Shown: positions 26,266 to 37,093 of the stretch, piece by piece
Layout: every line of letters begins with the position of its first letter
Position numbering within the stretch: position 1 is the stretch's first letter
IMG/VR virus record: IMGVR_UViG_3300025770_000870
Coordinates: 1 to 64,000 of that record
Reading direction: 5' to 3' (one strand)
Length of the DNA stretch: 64,000 bases
The notes under the pieces: model-generated
Databases searched by the model: none
What the model was told of the DNA's origin: nothing
The model's input: only the letters and a program-made list of their open reading frames with translations
Position numbers and translations under genes: made by a program

Positions 26266-27924
26266 TTACACTTTTGTTGGAGCGTATTTAATTAAAAGTT
26301 CTTGTTTCTTTTCCAGAATAAAATCACTAGCTGGGTAGTTATGATTAGATGATGTTTTAAGGGTTAGAGGCATCTTTTTCATTTGATCCTTTATTCTGTT
26401 CTTAATAACGATGAAATCATCGTCCTGTCCTTCTCCAAATGGTTTATAAATATTCTCACCATTGAAATAGTTAATCATCATATCAACACCATCTTCGGTA
26501 TTAAATACAATTGTTTGTTTGTTGTGCAAAGCTTCTTTTGTTCTTAGTAATTTGAATGGTCCTGGTAATGTACCTTTACCTAAACTCTCACTAAACTTAA
26601 CAACTGGTTTGTCTTCGTGACCAACAGAAGACAATGCGTATTTAGCAGATAAGTTATCACGTTTCAAATCGTTACGTAATCCCCCACCTTGTCCGAACAA
26701 TCCCCAAGTGTAGAAAGCGTATCCATTATCAATTAAGAAATCCATTTCATCTAAAATGTCTTCGAAATTTTTACCATCACCATCTAAGAAGTGTAGTAAA
26801 GTACCACATTTCCAATTTCCTGTTTTGGTTTTCATTTCTGTATATAATCCAGATTCAACACCGATTTCACAAATTTCTAAAATTTGGTCTTTTGTTGTAT
26901 ATCCCTCTTTAGAAGAATCGGGTCTGGCGACAATTACTTTATTAGTACCTTCTGATTTACTTTTAAGTGCTAATGGTAATAGGTAGTTTCTAACTGCGAA
27001 TTTCGCGTCATAACAATCATCAACCATTGAGATAATCTCACCATCACCACAACTATCATAAATTGCTTTATAACAATCAAATTCTTTTTCGAATGATTGA
27101 ACATTTCGGTGTGCTAATGCGTTTACTGATGAAAATATTCCCTCTATTTCTCCAGAGTTTTTCCAAGCTTGATATGCTCCTGAGAACGTGTCAGTACCAG
27201 GGAATGTATATAAATGAACCATTCCTAATTCTTCTGATTCATTAGATGTCATACCAGCTCTGTCTCCAAAGTCAGTAATCATAATAGATGCGTAGAAGTT
27301 AAGATCAGCCTCAGACATATCTGGATCAACTCTTAAAATTCTTTCTTTGATTCTATTTAGAAAGTGTTCATCTTGTGTAACTCTTTCACTCTTTGACCAA
27401 ACTTGTAAAATTTTAGATTCAAACCAAGCTCCCAATACACCCATACCATCAACGGTTGATGTGATTTCGATTGCTGGTTCATTTGGATATAGAACAGAAC
27501 CTTCTTTGACTGCTCTAATCTGAATTGGTGGTCTACCGTTAAATTCATCAACGACTCTTCTCCAAATTTCTTCTGGAAATTCATATTCTCTAAATCCAGT
27601 GGTTGTTACTTTAGCGTGTGTTAAAAAACGTTTAGTTTCATCAATCTCATCATGTGTGATTGGTTCGTAGAACAACTCTTCTAGTATTCTTTGTAACCCA
27701 ATAAAGACAATTCTATTGTCTCCTTCTGAGAAGATAACTGGGTTAATTTTATTCAACTCTCTTCTGAAAGTTACGTAATAAACTGATTTTTCCTTTGCTT
27801 CAGGACTTTCAAATTTATTAGACCCTATTGTGTAGGCATCACCCAAGAGTAATCTTGGTGTTTTGTGTATTTTACGACCAGGTAAAACAACTTTTCTTTC
27901 TTTTACTTCTTCTTGTAAGTACAT
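26266..27924 (-). CDS. nadV: Nicotinamide phosphoribosyltransferase (NAMPT)
   Basis: LLGDAY, FIGLQ, DFGDRA, FPGTDT, ARPDS, GQGGGL, KYA motifs of the NAMPT family. Confidence 0.9.
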   Translation of the reverse strand: MYLQEEVKERKVVLPGRKIHKTPRLLLGDAYTIGSNKFESPEAKEKSVYYVTFRRELNKINPVIFSEGDNRIVFIGLQRILEELFYEPITHDEIDETKRFLTHAKVTTTGFREYEFPEEIWRRVVDEFNGRPPIQIRAVKEGSVLYPNEPAIEITSTVDGMGVLGAWFESKILQVWSKSERVTQDEHFLNRIKERILRVDPDMSEADLNFYASIMITDFGDRAGMTSNESEELGMVHLYTFPGTDTFSGAYQAWKNSGEIEGIFSSVNALAHRNVQSFEKEFDCYKAIYDSCGDGEIISMVDDCYDAKFAVRNYLLPLALKSKSEGTNKVIVARPDSSKEGYTTKDQILEICEIGVESGLYTEMKTKTGNWKCGTLLHFLDGDGKNFEDILDEMDFLIDNGYAFYTWGLFGQGGGLRNDLKRDNLSAKYALSSVGHEDKPVVKFSESLGKGTLPGPFKLLRTKEALHNKQTIVFNTEDGVDMMINYFNGENIYKPFGEGQDDDFIVIKNRIKDQMKKMPLTLKTSSNHNYPASDFILEKKQELLIKYAPTKV

Positions 27925-27938
27925 AGTATATGTTTTAG

Positions 27939-28943
27939 TTAGTTTCTATAGGAAAAGACTGTTTCAACCATTTCCCTTTCAAAATAATTTACCAAATTAG
28001 AGAAAAATTCTATATGTTCTTCTATAATAATTTTGGAGTATTGTTTTTTTGTTAATAGGTCATTAATAGGAACCCATTTAATTTCTTCTACATCATCCGA
28101 TGCTTTAGCGTGACCCCATTGTTTCTTATATAAGAATAGTGTACTAAATATTTCACTATCTTCGTTTTTATGTCTCCAATCTTTAATTTTACCGCTACAA
28201 ATATAAACACCATCAGTAGATATACCTACTTGTAAGTTTCCTCCGGTTTCCTCCCTTAGTTCCCTAAGACCAGCAGATTCATAATCTTTATCAGTAACAT
28301 CAACGTGTCCACCAATAAATCTGAATTTATCTTCTAAAGGTTTCCTCCCTAATAATATTGTATTATTTGTTTTATCCCAAACGACAACATCTACACAAGG
28401 CATTATTACAGGGTATCTTCCGAAGTTAGCGTAAACAACACCTTTTCTAAAATCTTCTGTGTGTCCTACTTCTCTAGCTACTTCTTCTCTTATCGAACTA
28501 CCAGAAATTTTATCTTGGTCATTATTGCCAATAAGTTCTACTGTTTTATATTTACCCTTATAAAATGGGATAAATGAATCTCTAGCACCATATAATAGTG
28601 TAGTTCTGTTTCCGAAAGGTTCTTGTATTTTACCATCTAAGATGGTTGACCAAGTCTCGTTGTTACGTTGGTCTCTGATTGGAAGTATTGTTACGTCAGG
28701 ATATTCTTGTTGTATCATTGATTTCCTTGTTGCGAAATCCAATGGGTTTCTTTTAGTTTGCTCCACAACTGGAACTCCTAAAAATATAATAACTTTTTTA
28801 TGATTTGCACAAACCGTATCAATTAAATGTTTATGAACATCGTGTAGCTTTGGTAATTGCATTCTAGCCACCAATACACCAACTTCAAAATCAGAAACAT
28901 TAATAACACTCGGTATGTTTAATTCTATCTTTTCTACCATCAT
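27939..28943 (-). CDS. nadM: Bifunctional NMN adenylyltransferase / Nudix ADP-ribose pyrophosphatase (NadM-Nudix, NatV-like)
   Basis: ARMQ...HDVH, RNPLDF..R, SGSSIRE; Nudix box GGHVD...RELREETG. Confidence 0.88.
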   Translation of the reverse strand: MMVEKIELNIPSVINVSDFEVGVLVARMQLPKLHDVHKHLIDTVCANHKKVIIFLGVPVVEQTKRNPLDFATRKSMIQQEYPDVTILPIRDQRNNETWSTILDGKIQEPFGNRTTLLYGARDSFIPFYKGKYKTVELIGNNDQDKISGSSIREEVAREVGHTEDFRKGVVYANFGRYPVIMPCVDVVVWDKTNNTILLGRKPLEDKFRFIGGHVDVTDKDYESAGLRELREETGGNLQVGISTDGVYICSGKIKDWRHKNEDSEIFSTLFLYKKQWGHAKASDDVEEIKWVPINDLLTKKQYSKIIIEEHIEFFSNLVNYFEREMVETVFSYRN

Positions 28944-28960
28944 TTAAATTTAATTTATAA

Positions 28961-28992
28961 TACAAATATAGTTATTTTTTAACTAATTAACC
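28961..28992 (-). promoter_or_regulatory. Bacteroidota sigma70-type promoter of the NAD operon
   Basis: Minus strand TATATTTG -7 box about 20 nt upstream of the start. Confidence 0.55.
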
Positions 28993-29020
28993 GCCTTTAA
29001 TATAAAATAACTTAATCAAG

Positions 29021-29057
29021 TTGATATATTATGTTTGATATATTATGTTTGATATAT
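29021..29057. repeat. 14-bp tandem repeat TTGATATATTATGT x2.6
   Basis: Read directly from the sequence. Confidence 0.8.
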
Positions 29058-29313
29058 CTCCTAAAAGCGATACTTTCAGACATTATACTTACCTTATATA
29101 TTAGTGATATTTATATTCTAATTTTTATTTTTGTTTTATTTTCTAATTTTATAATTAGCAATTATTATAAACAATAAACCCATTATTGTGGCATAATACC
29201 AAGGTATATCTTTAACAAGTCCCTGTTGGGACCAAGCTAATATCAATGATCCAATTACACACAGAATCAAAAACACTATTAACTTTATTAAATATTCTTT
29301 ATTCATTTATTTT

Positions 29314-29760
29314 TTAATATTTATTATTATTCTTTAATGGAAATTCTATTTGACAATGCCATTTACAAAATGGTTTAAATGTGTGGTGAGTAATTTGTAT
29401 TTCATTTAAAACACTTATTGCATCATCACCTTTAATATAACCAATATGAATACTTTTGGTGTTTCTTTTCATGGAGTATAACGCACCCATTATTAACAAT
29501 GGTATTTGTTGGTAATGTAATGGTGATTCACTAGACTCATTAGGTTTCAAATAATGAATTTCTAATTGAGTACATTGGTTCGGGTATTTTTCCATAAAGT
29601 CTATAACAATGTTATTAGCCATAACCAATTCATCTTCAGCATTTGGTTGATTCATTTGAATATGTACCGGTAAGATAGTGTTGCCATCATTTATATTCCA
29701 TTCCATTAATTTACGAGAATCAATACCTCCACTCAATAACACTATATTATGATTCTTCAC
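29314..29760 (-). CDS. Short QueC-like PP-loop protein (lacks C-terminal Cys cluster)
   Basis: LLSGGIDS PP-loop; only 148 aa. Confidence 0.65.
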   Translation of the reverse strand: MKNHNIVLLSGGIDSRKLMEWNINDGNTILPVHIQMNQPNAEDELVMANNIVIDFMEKYPNQCTQLEIHYLKPNESSESPLHYQQIPLLIMGALYSMKRNTKSIHIGYIKGDDAISVLNEIQITHHTFKPFCKWHCQIEFPLKNNNKY

Positions 29761-30181
29761 CTTTATCGTTTTTTATTTTATTAACATTTAATTCATTTTG
29801 TTTAGACTCATCACCAATAAAATGTTTATCCATTAACTCTTTCAAAACCACACATTTTTCATAATCTTCGTTTTTCTGGAAGTGTTCTAACATCCATTGT
29901 AATTCTAATCTTTTCCAAACTCCATCAGAATCTAAGCAAAATTTACATATCTCAACATTATTAGTTTCTGTAATAAGTTTATAGTAATCATCAAAAGATA
30001 AATATGTTTTCGATATTTCACCAAGGTGATGAAATTCCTTTAAAACACCCACTAGTTTATTGATGTTAGGTACTTTAATATCAAGTTTTAGACTTGTAGT
30101 TATTTTATTATTACAAAGTAAACATCTACCAGTACCATTGTATTTATCTTTAGGGTATCTACATTTACATATATCACTCAT
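29747..30181 (-). CDS. Hypothetical protein
   Basis: ORF track; EDYEKC UVR-like C-terminal segment. Confidence 0.65.
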   Translation of the reverse strand: MSDICKCRYPKDKYNGTGRCLLCNNKITTSLKLDIKVPNINKLVGVLKEFHHLGEISKTYLSFDDYYKLITETNNVEICKFCLDSDGVWKRLELQWMLEHFQKNEDYEKCVVLKELMDKHFIGDESKQNELNVNKIKNDKGEES

Positions 30182-30194
30182 ATTTTCATCATTT

Positions 30195-31016
30195 TTAAAT
30201 TCTTTTTAAGATATCACTTATTCTAGAATACATTTCAACACCAACCGGTATTGATAGTAAAGAAATTAAGAATTGATTAACATATGAGTATGTTGTAATC
30301 ATGCCTCCAAAGGTTAATGTTTCAGAACTTGCTGCTAATAACAGTATAGACATTATCAAGAATATATGTTTTATTGTGCCTATAAGAAGCCAATTTTTGC
30401 CTTGTAAAGTCGATTCATATATAGATAATTTGCGATTTCTTTCAAAAAACGAAACTGATTCGGTATATCCTTTTTGTAAATCGGTAAGCTTATTTTCTAA
30501 ATGATTATGTTTAACATTTATAGATTGTTTAATTTTTTTATATAAAATCATTACCGCACTTAATATGAAAATGAAAGCTACACTTACTACAATTCCAACT
30601 CGGTAGTTTTCTAAATAAATGAATGAAATGGATCCTATCACAGTTACGATAGTTGCTATATAATAATGAACATATCCTGCAAGAACTTCAACAACTTGAT
30701 CTGCCATATCCGTTCTAGCAATCTTTGAAGATATATCAGCATCTGAATTTTTGAGAAATTTTAGTACAATATCGTTATAGATTTTTGTATATACTTTAGT
30801 GTCGTATACCATTCTTTTATAATTGAAAAAGCTTGATACTAAATACGATACACCTAACAATAACAACCAAAAATAACTATTATCGATTAAACCGTCAATA
30901 CTTTTACCTAACAAAAATGGTTGAGATAGTATAGACAATTCAGCCAATAACATAAACAAGTAAATGAGCAACAGTTTATACTTATATTGTTTGAACACTT
31001 GGTATAATTTATTCAT
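30195..31016 (-). CDS. ABC transporter six-TM-domain protein (no ATPase)
   Basis: PFLLGKSIDGL, RMVYDTKVYTKIY; TM segments. Confidence 0.75.
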   Translation of the reverse strand: MNKLYQVFKQYKYKLLLIYLFMLLAELSILSQPFLLGKSIDGLIDNSYFWLLLLGVSYLVSSFFNYKRMVYDTKVYTKIYNDIVLKFLKNSDADISSKIARTDMADQVVEVLAGYVHYYIATIVTVIGSISFIYLENYRVGIVVSVAFIFILSAVMILYKKIKQSINVKHNHLENKLTDLQKGYTESVSFFERNRKLSIYESTLQGKNWLLIGTIKHIFLIMSILLLAASSETLTFGGMITTYSYVNQFLISLLSIPVGVEMYSRISDILKRI

Positions 31017-31037
31017 TTATTTGTAGTTTATTTTATG

Positions 31038-31358
31038 TTATTTACCTTTTTTACCTTTTTTCGATGTAACCTCCACATATTCATGTATGATAGTTTCTTT
31101 TATAGGTCCTATCTCATTTTTGATATCTTGTCTTATTCTTCTATGTGCTCCATTGATGTCTAGATACTTTTCTTTCACCCAAGTCTGCTGGCAATTATAA
31201 GGAAATTCCATTGTCGCCAATATCGGATCCGGTAACTCAAAACTTCCAAAATACTGATAATCATATGATCCTGGTGTGCCATCATCTTCTATATACTGTG
31301 GGTAGAAATGACTAACATCCTCATATTTCTCTTCCACCACTCGATATTTTCTGGACAT
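31038..31358 (-). CDS. Hypothetical phage protein
   Basis: KYRVVE...FYPQ motif, also seen in 59877..60194. Confidence 0.7.
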   Translation of the reverse strand: MSRKYRVVEEKYEDVSHFYPQYIEDDGTPGSYDYQYFGSFELPDPILATMEFPYNCQQTWVKEKYLDINGAHRRIRQDIKNEIGPIKETIIHEYVEVTSKKGKKGK

Positions 31359-31718
31359 TTTTATTATTATTTATTACACTTATATAAAATACTGTATGAT
31401 ATGTTGTGAGAAAATTTATGAGTTCATATCATCATCTGATTTGAACCAACCAGTTAGATATCCTATACACATTATAAAATTAAATATAAGCCACTCTTTT
31501 TTAATCCAAGCAAAGTATATTATATAACATATAATGGCTACTATTAAGTATTCTTCTTTAATCATCTTAGCTTTATTTTTTTATTGATTTTTCTAATTTT
31601 ATTATCTCTTCTTTTAACTGATCAATTAAGTCTTGAACTTCATCAGGTTCCATTGTTATTGCACAGCAAGTTCCTATGTGTTCTGATATTTCATCTAATA
31701 ACTTTAAGGCTTTTTGCA

Positions 31719-31958
31719 TTATTCTTCTGTGATAAATCCACCGATTGCCATCTTACCGTTTTGATTCTTTCCTGTATAATTCATACGCCCTTCGTATATA
31801 GTTAATGTTTTACACTTGGATTGCTCAAATAAAGTTTCTACGTCTGATACCATTTGAGCAGAATAAATCTTCCCATCTATTCTCATAGTATTACTACTAG
31901 TGTATAATACTTGTTTAACTCCGTGCTTTTCAGCTAATGCTATATGTTTACTATTCAT
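31719..31958 (-). CDS. Hypothetical protein
   Basis: ORF track. Confidence 0.65.
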   Translation of the reverse strand: MNSKHIALAEKHGVKQVLYTSSNTMRIDGKIYSAQMVSDVETLFEQSKCKTLTIYEGRMNYTGKNQNGKMAIGGFITEE

Positions 31959-32190
31959 TATCTTGTTGTTTTATAACTGGTTTTAAATGTGTAAAACCTA
32001 ATTCTTTGTTAAGGTCAATATTATATCCTTTCATTTTCCTAAACATCATTTCTGAAAGTGTTTCTTCGTTCAAATCAAGCATATCTTCCTCTCCTTCTTT
32101 ACAGTTATCTTGTAATTTGAGGTAATCTAATATAGACAACATACAAGCTGCCATATTATGTTTCTCTTCTAATATTTTTTCTTTACTCAT
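31951..32190 (-). CDS. Hypothetical protein
   Basis: ORF track. Confidence 0.65.
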   Translation of the reverse strand: MSKEKILEEKHNMAACMLSILDYLKLQDNCKEGEEDMLDLNEETLSEMMFRKMKGYNIDLNKELGFTHLKPVIKQQDNE

Positions 32191-32351
32191 TGTTGTTTAA
32201 GTTAAGTTTTGATTTTTATTATAACTGATTAGCTAGTATTAATCTTGCTAATCTAAAGTCTTTAACTTGATTTAATTTAAGTCCAAATCTTTGAGCAATT
32301 GGATTTAAGTGCTTATAAGCCTCTGTTATCGTCATCTTCCCTATACACATC

Positions 32352-32624
32352 TTATTTATTTTGCTTTAATTCCATTTCTCCTAAGAACGAAGAAAGTATT
32401 TGATTATCATCGTTCAAGAATTCTATTACGGTATCTTGCATTTGGATTTCATATTCCAAATCCTCGATAACATTCGATTGTTCGTAATATTTCTCACAAT
32501 ATTCTACCTTTTCTTTTTCAGATTTTTGGTAAGCTATCCTTAGATTGTTGTATTTACTTCCTATAAAAAGAAATAGAATTGATACTATCACTATATTAAT
32601 TATGGCTGATCCGTTATTTTTCAT
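32352..32624 (-). CDS. Membrane-anchored coiled-coil protein
   Basis: N-terminal TM followed by heptads. Confidence 0.6.
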   Translation of the reverse strand: MKNNGSAIINIVIVSILFLFIGSKYNNLRIAYQKSEKEKVEYCEKYYEQSNVIEDLEYEIQMQDTVIEFLNDDNQILSSFLGEMELKQNK

Positions 32625-32706
32625 GTTTAGTTTTTATAATTTAATCTTTTACTTTTTTTATAATGTTTATCTGATAGAAAGTTGAGTATATTGGATGTAT
32701 TTAACT

Positions 32707-32997
32707 TTACCTTTCTATTTGTTTACAAGCTTGTGATTTTGCATATGATTTACAAGCTGATTCGTCTTGTCCCCAGCCATCCTTTGAACTCTCCATACAA
32801 CCAACGAATACATATCTGTATATGATTGAATCACATGTATAATATTTTAACTCAGCATCAGATGAACTTAAATATTTGGGGTTGTTAGTATTAGATTTTA
32901 AATCTATTTTAACTTCTTCTTTGATTGTTTCTGTTGTCTTACATGAAGTGAGACACAATACCAACAATGGTATTAAATATATTATTTTTTTCATCAT
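32707..32997 (-). CDS. Lipoprotein
   Basis: Lipobox LTSC. Confidence 0.7.
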   Translation of the reverse strand: MMKKIIYLIPLLVLCLTSCKTTETIKEEVKIDLKSNTNNPKYLSSSDAELKYYTCDSIIYRYVFVGCMESSKDGWGQDESACKSYAKSQACKQIER

Positions 32998-33023
32998 CTT
33001 TAATTTACTTGTTTATAATAAGA

Positions 33024-34025
33024 TTAAATACCGTATGGTGTTGAGGAGAAGGTAATTTCTTCAACACATTGACATTTCGAATTAATGACATTTCGAATAT
33101 GTTCTTCCATATCACTACTATTCAAATATGTTTTCTCTTTTCCATCTATAATAGATTTAAAAACTCCCACCTCTTCCAAGACATCAATCTTATTAATGAT
33201 TAGTTTATTCACACCATTAATATTGATAGCCTTAATTAAATCATTAATGTTAACCCAATCAATTTGTCGGGATCTACCAGTTGTTGCTCCGAACTCACCA
33301 CCTACTTCTCTAATCTTACTAAAGTGTTCTGAACTACCTTCAAACTTTTTGGAACCAACATAGGTTCTATAAGCCTTAGCGATACCTAAAACGTTTCTAA
33401 TCTTTTGTGGTGGAACACCATTTAAGATTGCGGAACCAACCGTACAATGTGAAGATGTAACATATGGGTAATCACCCCAATCAATATCCAATTCAAAACC
33501 CTGTGCTCCTTCAAATAATATAGATACCTTATTATCTGAATAAAACTCTTCATATACATCAATCAATAAGTTTTCTGGTAAGTAATCTTCAGCACGAACA
33601 CCACTACGATTATATTTGTTACGATATACAGGACCATTACCTGTTTTAGTAGTTCCAATTGTGGTATCAAGAGAATCCTCCTCGATATGTATCGGTAGTA
33701 TCATATGAACTCTCTTATCAATGAATAAGTAACTTCTTACATCTACCCCACCACTTTCCAATTCTTTGATTTCACTTTCCAGCTTTAGTATATCAACTAC
33801 ACAACCCGGGCCGATTATGGACTTAATACCATACATCACACCAACTGGTATAAAGTGAGTTACAAACTTATTTCCGTTGTGGTAAATGGTATGTCCTGCA
33901 TTACCACCCCCATTATATCTAACCACATGAGTGTATTCACCACTCTTAGCTAATGCATGTGCAACCTTTCCTTTACCAGTATCTCCTGCTTGGAGATCAA
34001 CAATAACGTCTGCTAAATCAATCAT
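33024..34025 (-). CDS. purA: Adenylosuccinate synthetase (short form)
   Basis: GDTGKGK, GGGNAGHT, EGAQG..LDIDWGDYPYVTSS, EFGATTGR. Confidence 0.93.
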   Translation of the reverse strand: MIDLADVIVDLQAGDTGKGKVAHALAKSGEYTHVVRYNGGGNAGHTIYHNGNKFVTHFIPVGVMYGIKSIIGPGCVVDILKLESEIKELESGGVDVRSYLFIDKRVHMILPIHIEEDSLDTTIGTTKTGNGPVYRNKYNRSGVRAEDYLPENLLIDVYEEFYSDNKVSILFEGAQGFELDIDWGDYPYVTSSHCTVGSAILNGVPPQKIRNVLGIAKAYRTYVGSKKFEGSSEHFSKIREVGGEFGATTGRSRQIDWVNINDLIKAININGVNKLIINKIDVLEEVGVFKSIIDGKEKTYLNSSDMEEHIRNVINSKCQCVEEITFSSTPYGI

Positions 34026-34042
34026 TATTTTAAATTATTATT

Positions 34043-34354
34043 TTATTTGTTTTTAGTTTCATATGCCATAGGTGAAGGTAAATCACTGTAATGGCAGTAG
34101 GTATCATCACTTTTTGGTTTAATTAATATCCCCATATTATCACCTATAATATCAAATGACTTTTTAAATAACTCTACACCTCTAACTTCGTATAATTGAT
34201 TATCTACTTGATTATCTCGTTCCCTTATTAGTTGTGTGATTGAATCACCTTTTTTAATCTCTCTACAATTATTATCTTTCCACCGAACAGTAATCGTATC
34301 ACCTCTTCCGGTGATATTAAATCTATCTTCATATCTTAATTTAAATTCACTCAT
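34043..34354 (-). CDS. Hypothetical, preceded by a variant junction repeat
   Basis: ORF track; TAAACCAAAACGAAGATAATG start context. Confidence 0.7.
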   Translation of the reverse strand: MSEFKLRYEDRFNITGRGDTITVRWKDNNCREIKKGDSITQLIRERDNQVDNQLYEVRGVELFKKSFDIIGDNMGILIKPKSDDTYCHYSDLPSPMAYETKNK

Positions 34355-34514
34355 TATCTTCGTTTTGGTTTAGTAGTTTATAAACTTGACAATACTCTCC
34401 ATGTTCTAGTTTCTCTGTGTGATTTTTCCATTTAAGAATTTATACACATTTTTGGTGTATTTGTTTACTCTCTAATCAATATTTTGAATGGTGATGAGTA
34501 AAGGTTACCAACAC

Positions 34515-35447
34515 CTAAATATTATTAACACCATATAATCTTTTAATTAAGTCTTTATCCATTTGGTTATAATCTAATGAACCATCAGTTTTAATTTCGG
34601 TTGGTGATGATGCAGACCCATCTAATCGAACTTGCCATCTCCAATTGGTCATTGGTTTATAATTTTCAATCTCTAGTAAAGTAACTGTCTTATCTCTACA
34701 AAGAAGTCTAAATAATAGATTACTATCTTCTGTATAAAATTTTAATAAAAACGTTTCCAACCATCTCTTAATAATATTATCTCCAGTCGTATATATGTGC
34801 CAACACATTAAATGTTGGGCATATCCCGGCCACATTAAAGAATACATAAATTTTTGAACTTTATTCCATCCCTTCTTCTTATCTTGGTATAAATAAGGTT
34901 GGTAATCTCTTTGATCAATTGATTTGTTGAATCCAAGCATAGGTTCAAATATCTTATTTAATGATACTGATACAAGAACTTCTAACAAAGCAAGTATTGA
35001 ACAAAAATAATCAGCCCATCTATTTCCTCTCAATGAATATGTCCATACCCACATTGTCGGTGTCATTATAAACCTTCTAGATATTCTATATGGAAAATGA
35101 TTTAATATTTCGTTTAATTCTTCTTGGTCACCATTCACTTTCAAGGCTGAGAAAGCTAAAAGTGTTTGATCCCTTGAAACATCATCTTCTTTATATCTAC
35201 CGGTATATCTTGATGCTTGATACCAATATTTATCCAGACCAATCATATCGAATTTTCTAAAACATCCTAAGATACCCTCTTTCATATCAGGTAATTTCCA
35301 AGTCATATAAGCTAAAGATGTTCTCCAAAGAGCATCACCTTTACCATCACCACCATCTATCTTCCAAGGTGGATCTTTACTTAACATCATTTTATCTTTT
35401 TCTACAAAATAGTTGTGATACTTATTACCTTTCTTGAATGTGCTCAT
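34515..35447 (-). CDS. Hypothetical protein
   Basis: 310-aa ORF; GDALWRT, SRDQ. Confidence 0.75.
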   Translation of the reverse strand: MSTFKKGNKYHNYFVEKDKMMLSKDPPWKIDGGDGKGDALWRTSLAYMTWKLPDMKEGILGCFRKFDMIGLDKYWYQASRYTGRYKEDDVSRDQTLLAFSALKVNGDQEELNEILNHFPYRISRRFIMTPTMWVWTYSLRGNRWADYFCSILALLEVLVSVSLNKIFEPMLGFNKSIDQRDYQPYLYQDKKKGWNKVQKFMYSLMWPGYAQHLMCWHIYTTGDNIIKRWLETFLLKFYTEDSNLLFRLLCRDKTVTLLEIENYKPMTNWRWQVRLDGSASSPTEIKTDGSLDYNQMDKDLIKRLYGVNNI

Positions 35448-35561
35448 AATATTAAAGTCTTTTGATTTTAATTGTATATATTTTTAAAAATAAAGTCTAT
35501 TATACTTAATAATTAAATGATAGAAAAATAAACTTTTGATAAACTTTCAATTATAATTAAT

Positions 35562-36353
35562 ATGAATGGAATAGTTTACCCATATGGATCATCTAACTTA
35601 ATAGAAACTGGTAATCATTATCGCACGTTACAGAACGGAACTACCATGTCAACACCTGGTAATAATGAAATACAAGCAACTACTTTAATACAATTTAGTG
35701 GTGGTGTTGACTCAACATATGTTTTATGGAAATGGTTAGTTGATAATCCAGATGAATATTGTTTAGTTCATCATATAAAATTAATAAATTATCAACAAAG
35801 ACATGATTTTGAATTAGAAGCTGTTGATAAAATATTAAGATGGTTAGATAATAAAGGTCTTAAAAATTATTTTTATGTACAAAATACATTTGATTATGGT
35901 AATTTTTCATCGGTTATACCAGATTCAGAGATATGTGGATTTCATGCAGGTATTCTTTTAAGACTTCCAAGATGGAAAAGTATAAATAAAGTTATTTTAC
36001 CAATTTATGATAATGCACCTTTATCACTTCTGTGGCACAATAATAGATTGAAAATAATGGAAATTGCATCCAAAAGATCCGTACCATTGTTTAGTCCTGA
36101 AAAAGGATGCTACTCAGTCCAAAACAGATATGAAGTTATTCATCCATTAGTAGGTCTGTGTAAAACAGATGTAATAAGGGCAATTCCTAGAGAACTATTA
36201 AACTTATGTTGGTATTGTAGAACACCATTAAATAATAAAATATGTGGTACATGTCATGCTTGTAGCGAAGTTGAAAAATCACTTGAAAAGGTAGATAATG
36301 ATCTTTTATTAAATTTTATTACACAATCAGAATTAAAAAATAAAAAAGATTAA
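35562..36353 (+). CDS. QueC-like PP-loop ATP pyrophosphatase
   Basis: SGGVDS; YQQRHDFELEA; CWYCR...CGTCHAC. Confidence 0.8.
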   Translation: MNGIVYPYGSSNLIETGNHYRTLQNGTTMSTPGNNEIQATTLIQFSGGVDSTYVLWKWLVDNPDEYCLVHHIKLINYQQRHDFELEAVDKILRWLDNKGLKNYFYVQNTFDYGNFSSVIPDSEICGFHAGILLRLPRWKSINKVILPIYDNAPLSLLWHNNRLKIMEIASKRSVPLFSPEKGCYSVQNRYEVIHPLVGLCKTDVIRAIPRELLNLCWYCRTPLNNKICGTCHACSEVEKSLEKVDNDLLLNFITQSELKNKKD

Positions 36354-36370
36354 CTATTTAGACAAATAAT

Positions 36371-37093
36371 GTGAACAAGATTTTATATGGATCATCCAAT
36401 TTAATAGAAACTGGTAAGGATAATGAAATACAAGCAACTACTTTAATACAATTGAGTGGTGGTATTGATTCAGTATATGTCTTATGGAAATGGTTAGTTG
36501 ATAATCCAGATGAATATTGTTTAGTTCATCACATCAAGTTAATAGATTTTGAACAAAATTATAATTTTGAATTAGAAGCTGTTGATAAAATATTAAGATG
36601 GTTAGATAATAAAGGTCTTAAAAATTATTTTTATGTACAAAATACATTTGATTATGGTAATTTTTCATCGTGTATACCAGATTCGGAGATATGTGGATTT
36701 CATGCGGGTATTCTTTTAAGACTTCCAAGGTGGTATAGTATAAATAAAGTTCTTTTACCAATTTATAACATTCGATCAGATGCGGAGAAGCTGCAAAAAG
36801 GAGGAAGAGAATATAATAGATTAGAATTAATGAAAACTATTTCTATGCGAGATGATTATGAATCTATTTACACATTTGGTATATATCCCGACCATATGGA
36901 TAAAACAGATGTAATAAAGGCAATTCCTAAAGAACTATTAAACTTATGTTGGTATTGTAGAACACCATTAAATAATAAAAGATGTGGTATTTGTTTTACT
37001 TGTGAATCAGTAGATAAATCACTTGAAAAGGTAGATAATGATCTTTTATTAAATTTTATTACACAATCAGAATTAAAAAATAAAAAAGATTAA
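36371..37093 (+). CDS. QueC-like protein, tandem paralog
   Basis: SGGIDS; CWYCR...CGICFTC; long identity with the upstream gene. Confidence 0.8.
   Translation: MNKILYGSSNLIETGKDNEIQATTLIQLSGGIDSVYVLWKWLVDNPDEYCLVHHIKLIDFEQNYNFELEAVDKILRWLDNKGLKNYFYVQNTFDYGNFSSCIPDSEICGFHAGILLRLPRWYSINKVLLPIYNIRSDAEKLQKGGREYNRLELMKTISMRDDYESIYTFGIYPDHMDKTDVIKAIPKELLNLCWYCRTPLNNKRCGICFTCESVDKSLEKVDNDLLLNFITQSELKNKKD

Noticed and set aside
33024-34025. PurZ (Z-genome) enzyme
   Set aside because: The catalytic Asp of PurA is retained (GDTGKG) where PurZ has Ser; no datZ or mazZ recognised nearby.
19638-37093. Diversity-generating retroelement behind the paralog pairs
   Set aside because: No reverse transcriptase is seen, and the differences include block replacements rather than adenine-specific changes.
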